Of a stretch of 49,132 nucleotides of DNA, positions 39,744-49,132 are shown one piece after another. Below the pieces are notes generated by a model that was not told where the DNA came from, ran no database searches, and saw only the letters and a list, made by a program, of their open reading frames with translations. The position numbers and the translations under genes are program-made. Every line of letters begins with the position of its first letter. Within the stretch, counting starts at the first letter, position 1. The DNA lies in NCBI GenBank assembly GCA_026785815.1, contig JAJAZH010000282.1, positions 1 to 49,132 of the forward strand, in the 5' to 3' direction. This stretch comes from Ramlibacter sp. (lineage in GTDB: Bacteria > Pseudomonadota > Gammaproteobacteria > Burkholderiales > Burkholderiaceae_C).

Positions 39744-40985
39744 ATGACCCCCAGACTGCTTTCCCATGCCCTCGCCGTCGGCTTGCTGGCCGCCGGACTG
39801 AGCGCCGCAGCCCACGCTGCGGATCCGATCCGTGTCGGCTTCCTGACCATCAAATCGGGCGCCCTGGCGGCCGGCGGCAAGCAGATGGAAGACGGCCTGC
39901 GCCTGTTCCTGAAAGAGCGCAACAACATGATTGCCGGGCGCAAGGTGGAACTGGTGGTCGGCGATACCGGTGGGCAGCCCGCCATCACCAAGACCAAGGC
40001 GCAGGAGCTGGTCGAAAAGGACAAGGTCCAGGTCATCATCGGCCCGCTGGCCGCGTTCGAGGCGCTGGCCATCGACGACTACATTCGCAAGAGCGAAATC
40101 CCGGTGATCTCGCCATCCGCCGCCGCCGAGGACCTGACGCAGCGCAAGCCCAACCCCTGGTTCGTGCGCGCCGTCGGCACCTCGGCGCAGCCGAACCATG
40201 TGCTGGGCGAATACGCCGCGAAGGAACTGAAGTACAAGCGCATCGCCATCATCGCGGACGACTTCGCCTTTGGCCACGAGGTCGCGGCCGGCTTCCAGCG
40301 CACTTTCGAGGAGAACGGCGGCAAGGTGGTGCAAAAGCTCTGGTCGCCGCTGAACGTGGCCGATTACGGCACCTACATCGGCCAGATCAAGCCCAACGTG
40401 GACGCCGTGTTCGCGGCCTTCGCCGGCGGCAACGGCATCAAGTTCCTGAAGCAATACAACGAGTACGGCCTGAAGGCCAGGATTCCCGTCATCGGCGCGA
40501 TGACGACGGTCGACGAAGGCATACTGAAGTCGATGGGCGACGAGGCGCTGGGCGTGATCTCCTCCGGCTGGTACGCCGCCAGCCTGCCCAACGCCGACAA
40601 CAGGAAGTTCGTCGCCTCCATGAACCGCGACTACCAGCAGGACCCGGGCTATTACTCGATGGGCGCGTATGGCGCGGCGCTGATGCTGGAGCAGGCGCTC
40701 AAGGAGGTGAAGGGCAAGATCGAAGACAAGGCTGCCTTCATGGCGGCCCTGCGCAAGGTGCAACTGTCGAACGACCCGCGCGGCAAGGTCAGCCTGGACG
40801 CCCTGGGCAACCCCTTGCTGGACATCCATGTGCGCAAGGTGGAGCGTGTCAACGGCAAGCTGAGCAACAGCGTGATCAAGACCTACCCGGCCGTCAGCCA
40901 GTTCTGGACGTACAACACCAAGGACTTCCTGGCCAGCCCGGTCTACACCCGCGACTATCCGCCGGCCAACAACATCGAGAGGTAA
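39744..40985 (+). CDS. ABC substrate-binding protein (mirror copy)
   Basis: Reverse complement of 8148-9389. Confidence 0.85.
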   Translation: MTPRLLSHALAVGLLAAGLSAAAHAADPIRVGFLTIKSGALAAGGKQMEDGLRLFLKERNNMIAGRKVELVVGDTGGQPAITKTKAQELVEKDKVQVIIGPLAAFEALAIDDYIRKSEIPVISPSAAAEDLTQRKPNPWFVRAVGTSAQPNHVLGEYAAKELKYKRIAIIADDFAFGHEVAAGFQRTFEENGGKVVQKLWSPLNVADYGTYIGQIKPNVDAVFAAFAGGNGIKFLKQYNEYGLKARIPVIGAMTTVDEGILKSMGDEALGVISSGWYAASLPNADNRKFVASMNRDYQQDPGYYSMGAYGAALMLEQALKEVKGKIEDKAAFMAALRKVQLSNDPRGKVSLDALGNPLLDIHVRKVERVNGKLSNSVIKTYPAVSQFWTYNTKDFLASPVYTRDYPPANNIER

Positions 40986-41012
40986 TCCGGCTTCGAACCG
41001 GAGTTCCGGCGC

Positions 41013-41873
41013 ATGTCCTTCTGGTTGATCCAGAGCCTGAACAGCCTGGCGCTGGGTGGGGTGCTCTTCACCCTGGCCGCCGGCTTTTCGCTGATTTTCG
41101 GCCTGATGCGCATCGCCAACCTGTCGCATGGCGCCTATTTCATGTTCGGCGCCTACATCGGCCTGGCGATGCTGGACCGAGGCTACAACTTCGGTGTTGC
41201 GGTGCTCGCCGCGGGCCTGGCGGTCGGCCTGCTCGGCGGCATCGTCGAGCGCTTCGTGCTGCGTCGCCTGGCCGGCAACAGCCTGTCGCAGGTGCTTGCC
41301 ACGCTGGGCGTGGCCTTCGTCATCGCTGACGGCAGCCTCTGGCTCTGGGGCGGCGACCCGCGGCCCGTCAACGCGCCCGCCCTGCTCTCGGGCGGGGTCC
41401 AGCTGCTGGGCCTGACGTTTCCTCTTTACCGTCTCGCGGTCGTGGTCTTCAGCGTCTTGATCGGCCTGGCGCTGTGGCTGCTGCTGGACAAGACGAAGCT
41501 CGGCGTGATGATCCGCGCCAGCGTCGACGACCGGCAGATGGCGCAGGGCATCGGCGTGCCCGCCTCGCAACTCTTCACGATCGTATTCTGTCTGGGCGCG
41601 GCACTGGCCGGCGTCGGCGGCGTGATTGCCGCGCCGATCCTGTCGGTCTATCCGGGCCTGGACGCCGACATGCTGCCGCTGGCGCTGGTGGTCGTGATCC
41701 TGGGCGGCCTGGGCAGCCTGGCCGGCGCCTTCGTCGGCAGCTTCCTGATCGGCTTCATCTACAGCTTCGGCCAGGTGCTGTTCCCCGACCTGGCGTACAT
41801 CATCCTGTTCCTGCCGATGGTCGTGATCCTGGCCGTGCGGCCCCGCGGCCTGTTCGGGAGGATCACGGCGTGA
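41013..41873 (+). CDS. livH: LivH-like permease (mirror copy)
   Basis: Reverse complement of 7260-8120. Confidence 0.88.
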   Translation: MSFWLIQSLNSLALGGVLFTLAAGFSLIFGLMRIANLSHGAYFMFGAYIGLAMLDRGYNFGVAVLAAGLAVGLLGGIVERFVLRRLAGNSLSQVLATLGVAFVIADGSLWLWGGDPRPVNAPALLSGGVQLLGLTFPLYRLAVVVFSVLIGLALWLLLDKTKLGVMIRASVDDRQMAQGIGVPASQLFTIVFCLGAALAGVGGVIAAPILSVYPGLDADMLPLALVVVILGGLGSLAGAFVGSFLIGFIYSFGQVLFPDLAYIILFLPMVVILAVRPRGLFGRITA

Positions 41874-42864
41874 AGCGCGCCCTGTGCACGGTCCTGGTCG
41901 CGCTGCTGCTGGTCCTGCCCTTCTTCACCGGCGGCACCTACTACACCAACCTCGCCAGCCAGATCCTGATCTCGGCGCTGTTCGCGCTCAGCCTGAACCT
42001 GCTGGTGGGATATGCCGGCCTGACCTCGCTGGGCCATGCAGGCTATCTCGGCTTGTCGGCGTACACCTGCGGCTGGCTGATGGTGAACCTGGGCTGGGGC
42101 CACCTGGCCGCGGGCGCCACCGCGCTGGCCGCAACCACCGTGATGGCCGGCATCTTCGGCGTGATCGCATTGCGCGCATCCGGCATCAGCTTCCTGATGA
42201 TCACGCTGGCTCTGGGCCAGATCCTCTGGGCCTGGCCTACCGGTGGACCAGCGTCACCGGCGGCGACAACGGCATCGCGGGCCTGACCCGGCCCGCGCCT
42301 TTCGGCATCAACCTGGGCGATGCCAACAACTTCTACTACTTCACCCTGCTGGTGTTCCTGGCGGTGTGGTCCGCGATCGCCGTCTGGGTGCGTTCGCCCT
42401 TCGGCGCCAGTATCCGCGGCACCAAGGACCAGCCCAGGCGAATGAGCGCGCTCGGCTTCAACGTCTGGCTGATCCGCTGGATCACCTTCGTTGCCAGCGG
42501 CTTTCTGGGCGCAGTGGCCGGCCTGATGTACGTCTACTACCACCAGTTCATCAGCCCGCACAGCCTGTCGCTGGCCAACTCCGCCGAGATGCTGTTGATG
42601 GTGATCGCCGGTGGCGCCGGCACATTGAGCGGGCCAGTGGTCGGCGCGGCCCTGGTGGTGCTGTTGAAGAACGTGGCCAGCGCCTACATCGACCGCTGGA
42701 TCATGCTGCTGGGTTTCGTCTTCATCTTCATCGTGATGTTCGTGCCCGGTGGCATCGTCGCCGGTGTGGCCCGCCTGCGCCGGCCAACGCTGACCAAGCG
42801 TCAGGCCGCCGTGTTGCCAGCCGCCGCGCCCCTCAGCCCGGCCCCGCCCAGGGAAGCGCTGTGA
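41870..42864 (+). pseudogene. livM: Frameshifted LivM-like permease (mirror copy, GGG at 42228-42230)
   Basis: Reverse complement of 6269-7263. Confidence 0.84.
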
Positions 42865-43601
42865 ACCCTGTCGTCGAAGTCTCCGATCTGTGCAAGGCCT
42901 TTGGCGGTCTGCAAGTCACACGCTCGGTGAACCTGAGGGTGGAGCAGGGCGAGCGGCACCTGCTGATCGGCCCGAACGGCGCCGGAAAGACCACCCTTTT
43001 CAACCTGATCGCCGGTGATCTGGCCTCCAGTTCCGGCAGCATCACGCTGATGGGCAAGCCCGTCACGCATCGCTCCACTGCGGCCCGGGCCCAGATCGGC
43101 CTGGCCCGCACCTATCAGATCGTGACCCTGTTCGGCCGCGACAGCCTGCTGCACAACGTCAAGCTCGCGTTGCTGGGCAAGTCGCCGTTGCGGCACCGCC
43201 ATTGGGGCTCGTTGGACCACGACAAAACGTTGTCGGACCGCGCGCTGGAGGTGCTGGCCTCGGTCGGCCTGTCGGACAAGGCGAAGCTGCCGCTGGAGCA
43301 GACCTCGTACGGTGAAAAGCGCCGGCTGGAGATCGCCATGGCGCTGGCGCAGAAGCCGCAAGTGCTGCTGCTGGACGAGCCGCTGGCGGGTCTGTCCTCA
43401 GAGGAACGCGAGACCATCACGGCGCTCCTGCGTGACATCGACAGGTCCATCACCATCCTCATGATCGAGCACGACATGGAGGTCGCGCTGGCGTTTGCCG
43501 ACCGCGTCACCCTGTTGCACTACGGCGAGGTGATCACGGCCGGCACGCGGCAGGAAGTGGTGGCCGACCCACGCACCCGGGAGATCTACCTTGGCCACTA
43601 G
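42861..43601 (+). CDS. livG: LivG-like ATPase (mirror copy)
   Basis: Reverse complement of 5532-6272. Confidence 0.88.
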   Translation: MNPVVEVSDLCKAFGGLQVTRSVNLRVEQGERHLLIGPNGAGKTTLFNLIAGDLASSSGSITLMGKPVTHRSTAARAQIGLARTYQIVTLFGRDSLLHNVKLALLGKSPLRHRHWGSLDHDKTLSDRALEVLASVGLSDKAKLPLEQTSYGEKRRLEIAMALAQKPQVLLLDEPLAGLSSEERETITALLRDIDRSITILMIEHDMEVALAFADRVTLLHYGEVITAGTRQEVVADPRTREIYLGH

Positions 43602-44307
43602 CCTGCTCTCGCTGGACCGCGTCAACGCTTTCTACGGCGAGAGCCACGTGCTGCACGACATCAGCCTGGATCTGCAGGAAGGCCGGCTGCTGGCCCTGCT
43701 GGGACGCAACGGCGCCGGCAAGACCACCTGCATCAGCACCATCATCGGCTTCCTGCCGCCGCGCTCCGGCCGCATCACGCTGGCCGGCGGATCGCTGGAG
43801 AAGCTGTCGCCCGAGCGCATCTGCCGCGCTGGTATCGGCCTGGTGCCGCAGGGCCGGCGCATTTTCGGCAGCCTCTCGGTCAGGGAAAACCTCGACGTCG
43901 CGGCGCGCCCGCCGGCCGCGGGCGGCAAGCGGCACTGGACGCGCGACGACGTGTGGGGGATTTTTCCGCGGCTCAAAGAGCGGCAGAACCAGCTGGCCGG
44001 CAGCCTGTCCGGCGGCGAGCAGCAGATGCTGGCGATCGGCCGGGGCCTCATGACCAACCCGCGGGTGCTGCTGCTGGACGAACCCTCGGAGGGCCTGGCG
44101 CCGCAGATCGTGCGCGAGCTCGGCGAAGTCCTGATGACCCTGAAGGAACACCTCTCCATGGTGCTGGTGGAACAGAACCTCGGCCTGGCGCTGAAGGTGA
44201 CGGACGACGTGGTACTGCTGAACACGGGGCGCGTGGTGTTCTCCGGCACCCGCGAGCAGTTCGAGGGCCAGCAGGCCGCGCTGCACAGCCATCTTGGCGT
44301 CGAATAG
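43591..44307 (+). CDS. livF: LivF-like ATPase (mirror copy)
   Basis: Reverse complement of 4826-5542. Confidence 0.88.
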   Translation: MATSLLSLDRVNAFYGESHVLHDISLDLQEGRLLALLGRNGAGKTTCISTIIGFLPPRSGRITLAGGSLEKLSPERICRAGIGLVPQGRRIFGSLSVRENLDVAARPPAAGGKRHWTRDDVWGIFPRLKERQNQLAGSLSGGEQQMLAIGRGLMTNPRVLLLDEPSEGLAPQIVRELGEVLMTLKEHLSMVLVEQNLGLALKVTDDVVLLNTGRVVFSGTREQFEGQQAALHSHLGVE

Positions 44308-44315
44308 GAAGCAAC

Positions 44316-45131
44316 ATGGACCATCAACTGAGACAGGCGCCGGTCGGGCGTTATACGTTGCGCTACCTGGATGTCGGCGCGGGTGCCCCGGTGGTGCTGA
44401 TTCACGGCCTGGCGGGCGACTACACGGCCTGGCTGGCGCAGATCGAAGTGCTGCGCAAGACCCACCGCGTGATCGCCTTTGACAACCGTGGCGCCGGCCA
44501 GAGCACCCAGGTGGATGAGCCGGTGACGACTGCGGAACTGGCTGCGGACACCCTGCAGTTGATGGACCATTGCCAGGTGGAGCGCGCCCATGTCGTCGGC
44601 CGCTCGATGGGCGGCGCCGTGGCCCAGCACATGGCGCTGCTGGCACCCGAACGCGTGATGACCCTGACGCTGTGCGCCTCTTTTGCCCGCCTCGACCCGC
44701 TGGGCCGCCGGGTGCTGTGGAACATGCGCGAGGCGCTTGAATGGCGCATGAATTGGGCTGACCACGCCCGCCATTCGGTGCAGAACTTCGTGTCGGCCGA
44801 CTTCTTCAACCGGTACCCCGAACGCGTAGCCGCCATCGAGCGCCTGATTGGCGGCGAAACACGTCTGCCGGCCTGCTATGTGCGGCAAAACGAGGCCTGT
44901 CAGCAGCACGACACGGTGGACGAACTGCCGCGCATCCGGCAGCCGGTCCTGGTCATGGCGGGTGACGCCGATCCCATCTGCTCTCTGACCGCGACGCGGG
45001 TGCTGAGCATGGGCCTGCCCAACGCACGCACCGAAATTTTCAGCAGTGCCAGCCATTTTTTCCTGATGGAGCAACCTGACAAATTTATCGAGTTGCTGAC
45101 CGGCTGGCTCCGATCCAATCCCAGCGCCTAG
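44316..45131 (+). CDS. Alpha/beta hydrolase (mirror copy)
   Basis: Reverse complement of 4002-4817. Confidence 0.85.
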   Translation: MDHQLRQAPVGRYTLRYLDVGAGAPVVLIHGLAGDYTAWLAQIEVLRKTHRVIAFDNRGAGQSTQVDEPVTTAELAADTLQLMDHCQVERAHVVGRSMGGAVAQHMALLAPERVMTLTLCASFARLDPLGRRVLWNMREALEWRMNWADHARHSVQNFVSADFFNRYPERVAAIERLIGGETRLPACYVRQNEACQQHDTVDELPRIRQPVLVMAGDADPICSLTATRVLSMGLPNARTEIFSSASHFFLMEQPDKFIELLTGWLRSNPSA

Positions 45132-45153
45132 CCGGCCGCCTCGTTCCGGCCGG

Positions 45154-46812
45154 CTAAAGCGACACCTCCGGCGACGCACGATGGGCCGCCAGTTCGGCCC
45201 CGAAGCCGGAGCGTTCGATCACCTCGCGCGGCTGGGCCTGCAGGTTTTCCAGCCGCAGCAACCCGCCGCGCAGCAGTACAGCCTTGTGCAACTGGCGCAA
45301 CGCGTCCAGGCCCGAGGTGTCGAGCAGCACCAGTTGCAGGGCATCGAGCGTTACCACCGGACCGGCCGGTCCGTTCTCCACCGCCTGCACCACGACATCG
45401 CTCTTGGCGACCGCGCCGAAAAACAGCGCGCCGAACAGCTTGAAGCGCAACTCGTTCCCGTCGTGCGTGACCCGTTCGACGCTGAACAGCGAACTCATTC
45501 GCCGGACGAACAACGCGCAGGCCAGCACCAGCCCGACCTGCACCGCGACCGTGAGGTCGAACACCACCGTGAGCAGGAACGTCCCGAGCATCAACAGCCG
45601 GTAGTGGGCGCTGTAGCGCCTGAGGCGCCCGAACTCCCGCCATTCGCCCATGTTCCAGGCGACGTACAGCAGGATGCCGGCCAGCACCGCCAGCGGCACG
45701 TGCAAGGCCAGCGGAGCGGCCAGCAGCACCACGGCCGCCAGCGTCGCCGCGTGCACCAGGCCCGCGATCGGCGTGGTACCGCCGGAGCGCACGTTGGTCA
45801 CGGTGCGGGCAATGGTTCCGGTGGCCGGCATGCCGCCGAAAAAGGGCGTGATGAAATTGGCGACGCCCTGCGCCATCAGCTCCTGGTTCGGGTCGTGGCG
45901 GGGTAGCGTGGTGAGCTGGTCTGCCACCCGGGCGCACAGCAGCGACTCGATCGCGCCGAGCAACGCAATGGTGAGGGTCGGCGTCAGCAGCAGCTTGACC
46001 GTGGACCAGGAAAAATCCGGCAGCGCGAATGCCGGCAAGCCGGCCGGGATCGCGCCGAAGCGAGAGCCGATGGTCTCGACGTCGAGGCTGAAATACCAGG
46101 CCAGCAGTGTCAGGCTGACCAGCGCCACGATCGGACCGGGCAGGCGCGAGCTGACCTGCGTCGCGCGCCGCATCCCGGGAAAATCAAGGGCCTTGAGCGG
46201 CGATGCGGGCCCCCACAGCCTGGGCCACAGGAACAGCCCGCAGACGCAGGTCAGGCCCAGCGCGAAGGCCAGCGGGTTGAAGCTGTCCAGATTCCTGCCC
46301 AGCACCTGCAGCTGGGCGAAGAAGTCGGCAGGCATCCTGGCGACGTCCAGTCCCAGCAGGTCTTTCACCTGCGACAGCGCGATCAGCACGGCGATGCCGT
46401 TGGTGAAGCCGATGACGATGCTGATTGGCACGTAGCGCACCAGCGTTCCCAGCTTCAGCAGGCCGAGCAGGAACAGCAGGACACCGGCGCAGGCGGTCGA
46501 GATCAGCAGGTTGGCCAGGCCGTATCGCTCGACGATGCCGTAGACCACGACGATGAAGGCGCCGGCCGGCCCGCCGATCTGCACGTTCGATCCACCCAGC
46601 AGCGAAACCAGCGCGCCGGCGATGATCGCCGTCCAAAGGCCCGCCTCGGGCTTGAGGCCGGAGGCGATGGCGAAGGCCATTGCCAGCGGCAATGCGACGA
46701 TGCCGACCGTCACTCCGGCGCCCACGTCGGTGGTGAAACGGGCGCGGTTGTAGCCGCGCAGCGCGTCGATCAGCCGGGGTCGGAAGGTGGCGAGCGAGGC
46801 CGGCAATTGCAT
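45154..46812 (-). CDS. SulP transporter (mirror copy)
   Basis: Reverse complement of 2321-3979. Confidence 0.88.
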   Translation of the reverse strand: MQLPASLATFRPRLIDALRGYNRARFTTDVGAGVTVGIVALPLAMAFAIASGLKPEAGLWTAIIAGALVSLLGGSNVQIGGPAGAFIVVVYGIVERYGLANLLISTACAGVLLFLLGLLKLGTLVRYVPISIVIGFTNGIAVLIALSQVKDLLGLDVARMPADFFAQLQVLGRNLDSFNPLAFALGLTCVCGLFLWPRLWGPASPLKALDFPGMRRATQVSSRLPGPIVALVSLTLLAWYFSLDVETIGSRFGAIPAGLPAFALPDFSWSTVKLLLTPTLTIALLGAIESLLCARVADQLTTLPRHDPNQELMAQGVANFITPFFGGMPATGTIARTVTNVRSGGTTPIAGLVHAATLAAVVLLAAPLALHVPLAVLAGILLYVAWNMGEWREFGRLRRYSAHYRLLMLGTFLLTVVFDLTVAVQVGLVLACALFVRRMSSLFSVERVTHDGNELRFKLFGALFFGAVAKSDVVVQAVENGPAGPVVTLDALQLVLLDTSGLDALRQLHKAVLLRGGLLRLENLQAQPREVIERSGFGAELAAHRASPEVSL

Positions 46813-46818
46813 TGCGGG

Positions 46819-47571
46819 CTATTTTGCATCCGGCATCGGCAGGCGTTTGCTCAGATCGTGCAACAAGGGCCGCAGCGACAGCAGCCACAGGGCGATAGCC
46901 AGCGGCACGGTGGTGACGAAGCCCACGAACTTGAAGCCGATCGCGCCGAACAGGCCGCCGGCGAAAAAACAGGCCACCAGCAGCACATGGATGCGCAGCC
47001 GCTGGCGGTTGGCCAGCACCGGCGCGCTGTCGTCGCGCGCGTTGACGTACAGCAGTTTGCCCAGCTCGATGCCGATGTCGGTGACCAGGCCGGTCACGTG
47101 GGTGGTGCGGATCTCGGCCCGCGAGATCTTGGTGATCACCGCGTTCTGCAGTCCCATGATGAAGCACAGCAGCACCACGGTGAGCGGAAGGAACAGCGTC
47201 GTGAAGCCGTCGATCGACGCGCCGGCCAGGCCGAAGACCAGCAGCGCAGCAGACTCCAGCATCAGCGGCAGCCCGTAGGCGCTGCGAAGCCCGCGCCGCA
47301 GTCCCCAGTTGACCAGGATGGCGGTGGTCATCGCTCCGCACAGAAAGGCCAGCAGCGCTCCGATAGCCGACACCACCAGCGTCAGCTGGCCCAGCACCAG
47401 GTTGTCGGCCACCGAGGACAGCACGCCGGTCATGTGCGAGGTGTACTGGCCGACGGCGAGGAAGCCGCCGGCATTGGCGGCGCCGGCGACGAAGGCCAGC
47501 ACCGCGCCCAGCCGGACGTTGGCGTGGGGCGTGCGTTCGACGTCGGTCCAGCCGCGAATGGCGGGAAACAT
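46819..47571 (-). CDS. DUF1275/YoaK protein (mirror copy)
   Basis: Reverse complement of 1562-2314. Confidence 0.84.
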   Translation of the reverse strand: MFPAIRGWTDVERTPHANVRLGAVLAFVAGAANAGGFLAVGQYTSHMTGVLSSVADNLVLGQLTLVVSAIGALLAFLCGAMTTAILVNWGLRRGLRSAYGLPLMLESAALLVFGLAGASIDGFTTLFLPLTVVLLCFIMGLQNAVITKISRAEIRTTHVTGLVTDIGIELGKLLYVNARDDSAPVLANRQRLRIHVLLVACFFAGGLFGAIGFKFVGFVTTVPLAIALWLLSLRPLLHDLSKRLPMPDAK

Positions 47572-47614
47572 GGGTCAGCCGATCGGGCAGCCGCCGGGCG
47601 CGGCGCAAGTCATC

Positions 47615-47815
47615 TCAGCGCTCGGCGCCGGGCAGCACGGCATCCGCCGCTGCGCCGACCGCCTTGCCGGTGATCCTCACGGTGCCGATGGCGGCATCGG
47701 CGGCCAGTCCCACGCCCTTCACCGCGATGCTGGCGGCGGTGTCCGCCACCGCGATCACCGCGCACCCGGAGAGCAGGGCGCTCAGGCCGGCTGCCAGGAC
47801 GAGGCGGGTACGCAT
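47615..47815 (-). CDS. Small lipoprotein (mirror copy)
   Basis: Reverse complement of 1318-1518. Confidence 0.7.
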   Translation of the reverse strand: MRTRLVLAAGLSALLSGCAVIAVADTAASIAVKGVGLAADAAIGTVRITGKAVGAAADAVLPGAER

Positions 47816-47824
47816 GCCGCCAGC

Positions 47825-49132
47825 TTAGCGCACCCGCATGCCGGGCACCGCGCCCGGCGAGGGCTCCAGCACGTAGATTCCGCCCGCCTTGTCGTTGGCG
47901 GCGCTGGCGGCCAGCACCATGCCTTCGCTGATGCCGAACTTCATCTTGCGCGGCGCCAGGTTGGCCACCATCACCGTGAGCTTGCCCACCAGGTCGGCGG
48001 GCCGGTAGGCGGAAGCGATGCCGCTGAACACGTTGCGGGTCTTGCCTTCGCCCACGTCCAGCGTCAGGCGCAGCAGCTTGGTCGAGCCTTCCACCGCCTG
48101 GCAGTCGACGATCTTGGCGATCCGCAGGTCGATCTTCGTGAAGTCGTCGATCGTGATCGGCGCTGCGATCTCCTCGCCTCCCGGTGGGTCGCTTCCAGCC
48201 TCGCTGGCGACAGACGGGTCGGGCAAATCCGCCGGCGCATCGAACAGCGCGTCGATCTGCTTGACGTCGACCCGCTGCATCAGGTGCCGGTAAGGATTGA
48301 TTTCATGCCCGACGGACAGCTTGACACCGCAGTTGTCCCACAGATGGACGTCGGCAGCGAGCCACTTGCCGACTTCGCCGGCCAGTTGCGGCAGCACTGG
48401 CGCCAGCATCACCGTCAGGTTCTTGAACAGGCCGATGGCCGTGGTGCAGACCCGGTGCAGTTCTGCGTCCCGACTGCTGTCTTTCGCGATCAGCCAGGGC
48501 GCCTGCTGGTCGACGTACAGGTTGGCCTGGTCGGCCAGGGCCATGATCGCGCGAATTGCCTTGCCGAACTCGCGCGCGTCGTAGAGCGCCTTGACCTCGG
48601 CGGCCGCGGCATGCGCCGACTCCAGCAGGGCTTCGGCCTGCGGATCTTCGGGGCCCAGCTTGCCGCCGAAGCGTTTGGTGATGAACCCTGCCGTCCGGCT
48701 GGCGATGTTGACGTACTTGCCGATCAGGTCGGCGTTGACCCGCGCCATGAAGTCCTCGGCGCTGAACTCGATGTCCTCGTTGTGCGAGTTGAGCTTGGCG
48801 GCAAGGTAGTAACGCAGCCACTCGGGATTCATCCCCAGCGACAGGTACTTCAGCGGGTCCAGCCCGGTGCCGCGGCTCTTGCTCATCTTCTCGCCGTTGT
48901 TCACCGTCAGGAAGCCGTGGACGAAGATGCTGTCGGGTGTCTTGCGGCCGCTGAACTTGAGCATCGCCGGCCAGAACAACGTGTGGAAGGTGACGATGTC
49001 CTTGCCGATGAAGTGAACCTGCTCCAGCGCCGGGTCGGCCAGGTAGGCGTCGAAGTCCTGGCCGCGCCGGTCCAGCAGGTTCTTGAGCGAGGCGAGATAG
49101 CCGATCGGCGCGTCCAGCCAGACGTAGAAATA
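47825..49132 (-). CDS. metG: Methionine--tRNA ligase, partial (mirror copy)
   Basis: Reverse complement of 1-1308. Confidence 0.9.
   Translation of the reverse strand, partial: YFYVWLDAPIGYLASLKNLLDRRGQDFDAYLADPALEQVHFIGKDIVTFHTLFWPAMLKFSGRKTPDSIFVHGFLTVNNGEKMSKSRGTGLDPLKYLSLGMNPEWLRYYLAAKLNSHNEDIEFSAEDFMARVNADLIGKYVNIASRTAGFITKRFGGKLGPEDPQAEALLESAHAAAAEVKALYDAREFGKAIRAIMALADQANLYVDQQAPWLIAKDSSRDAELHRVCTTAIGLFKNLTVMLAPVLPQLAGEVGKWLAADVHLWDNCGVKLSVGHEINPYRHLMQRVDVKQIDALFDAPADLPDPSVASEAGSDPPGGEEIAAPITIDDFTKIDLRIAKIVDCQAVEGSTKLLRLTLDVGEGKTRNVFSGIASAYRPADLVGKLTVMVANLAPRKMKFGISEGMVLAASAANDKAGGIYVLEPSPGAVPGMRVR

Larger units (their letters stand above)
1..49132. repeat. Window-wide inverted repeat (24,566-bp arms, no spacer), axis between 24566 and 24567
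   Basis: ORFs recur with identical translation at mirrored coordinates (49133-x). The start TATTTCTACG is the reverse complement of the end CGTAGAAATA, and the centre reads CTGAGG|CCTCAG. Checked via the ORF track and spot checks, not base by base. Confidence 0.98.

Noticed and set aside
24567-49132. Second copies of metG, scpA, nadB and both catabolic clusters as real paralogues
   Set aside because: They show no visible divergence, share both lesions and end at the same base, so they are not independent information unless read data prove a duplication.

Overview
The whole 49,132-bp window is one inverted repeat with no spacer. Positions 1-24566 are the reverse complement of 24567-49132 (x pairs with 49133-x), the fold point is CTGAGG|CCTCAG, 34 nt after the nadB stop, and both ends stop at the same base inside metG. 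Unique content is therefore about 24.6 kb of high-GC chromosomal DNA, probably Burkholderiales/Comamonadaceae-like (inferred from protein sequences and gene order). It contains the 3' part of metG, a small lipoprotein, DUF1275/YoaK and SulP. Next is a divergent GntR catabolic locus: LIV-type ABC transporter and alpha/beta hydrolase on one side; ALDH, a Ser-less alpha/beta-fold protein and a YqjM-like ene-reductase on the other. Then comes a LysR-linked operon (cupin, DUF1445, TRAP dctPQM, DUF2848, amidase), followed by a BamE-like lipoprotein, DUF3460, scpA and nadB. Two lesions (livM -1 frameshift, LysR internal deletion) are identical in both arms. The palindrome is most likely an assembly or library fold-back artefact; a hairpin telomere or inverted duplication is not excluded without reads. 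The best biological candidates are the two uncharacterised catabolic clusters. No RNA genes, CRISPR arrays or mobile-element genes were seen. Family calls are from motif recognition, not database searches.
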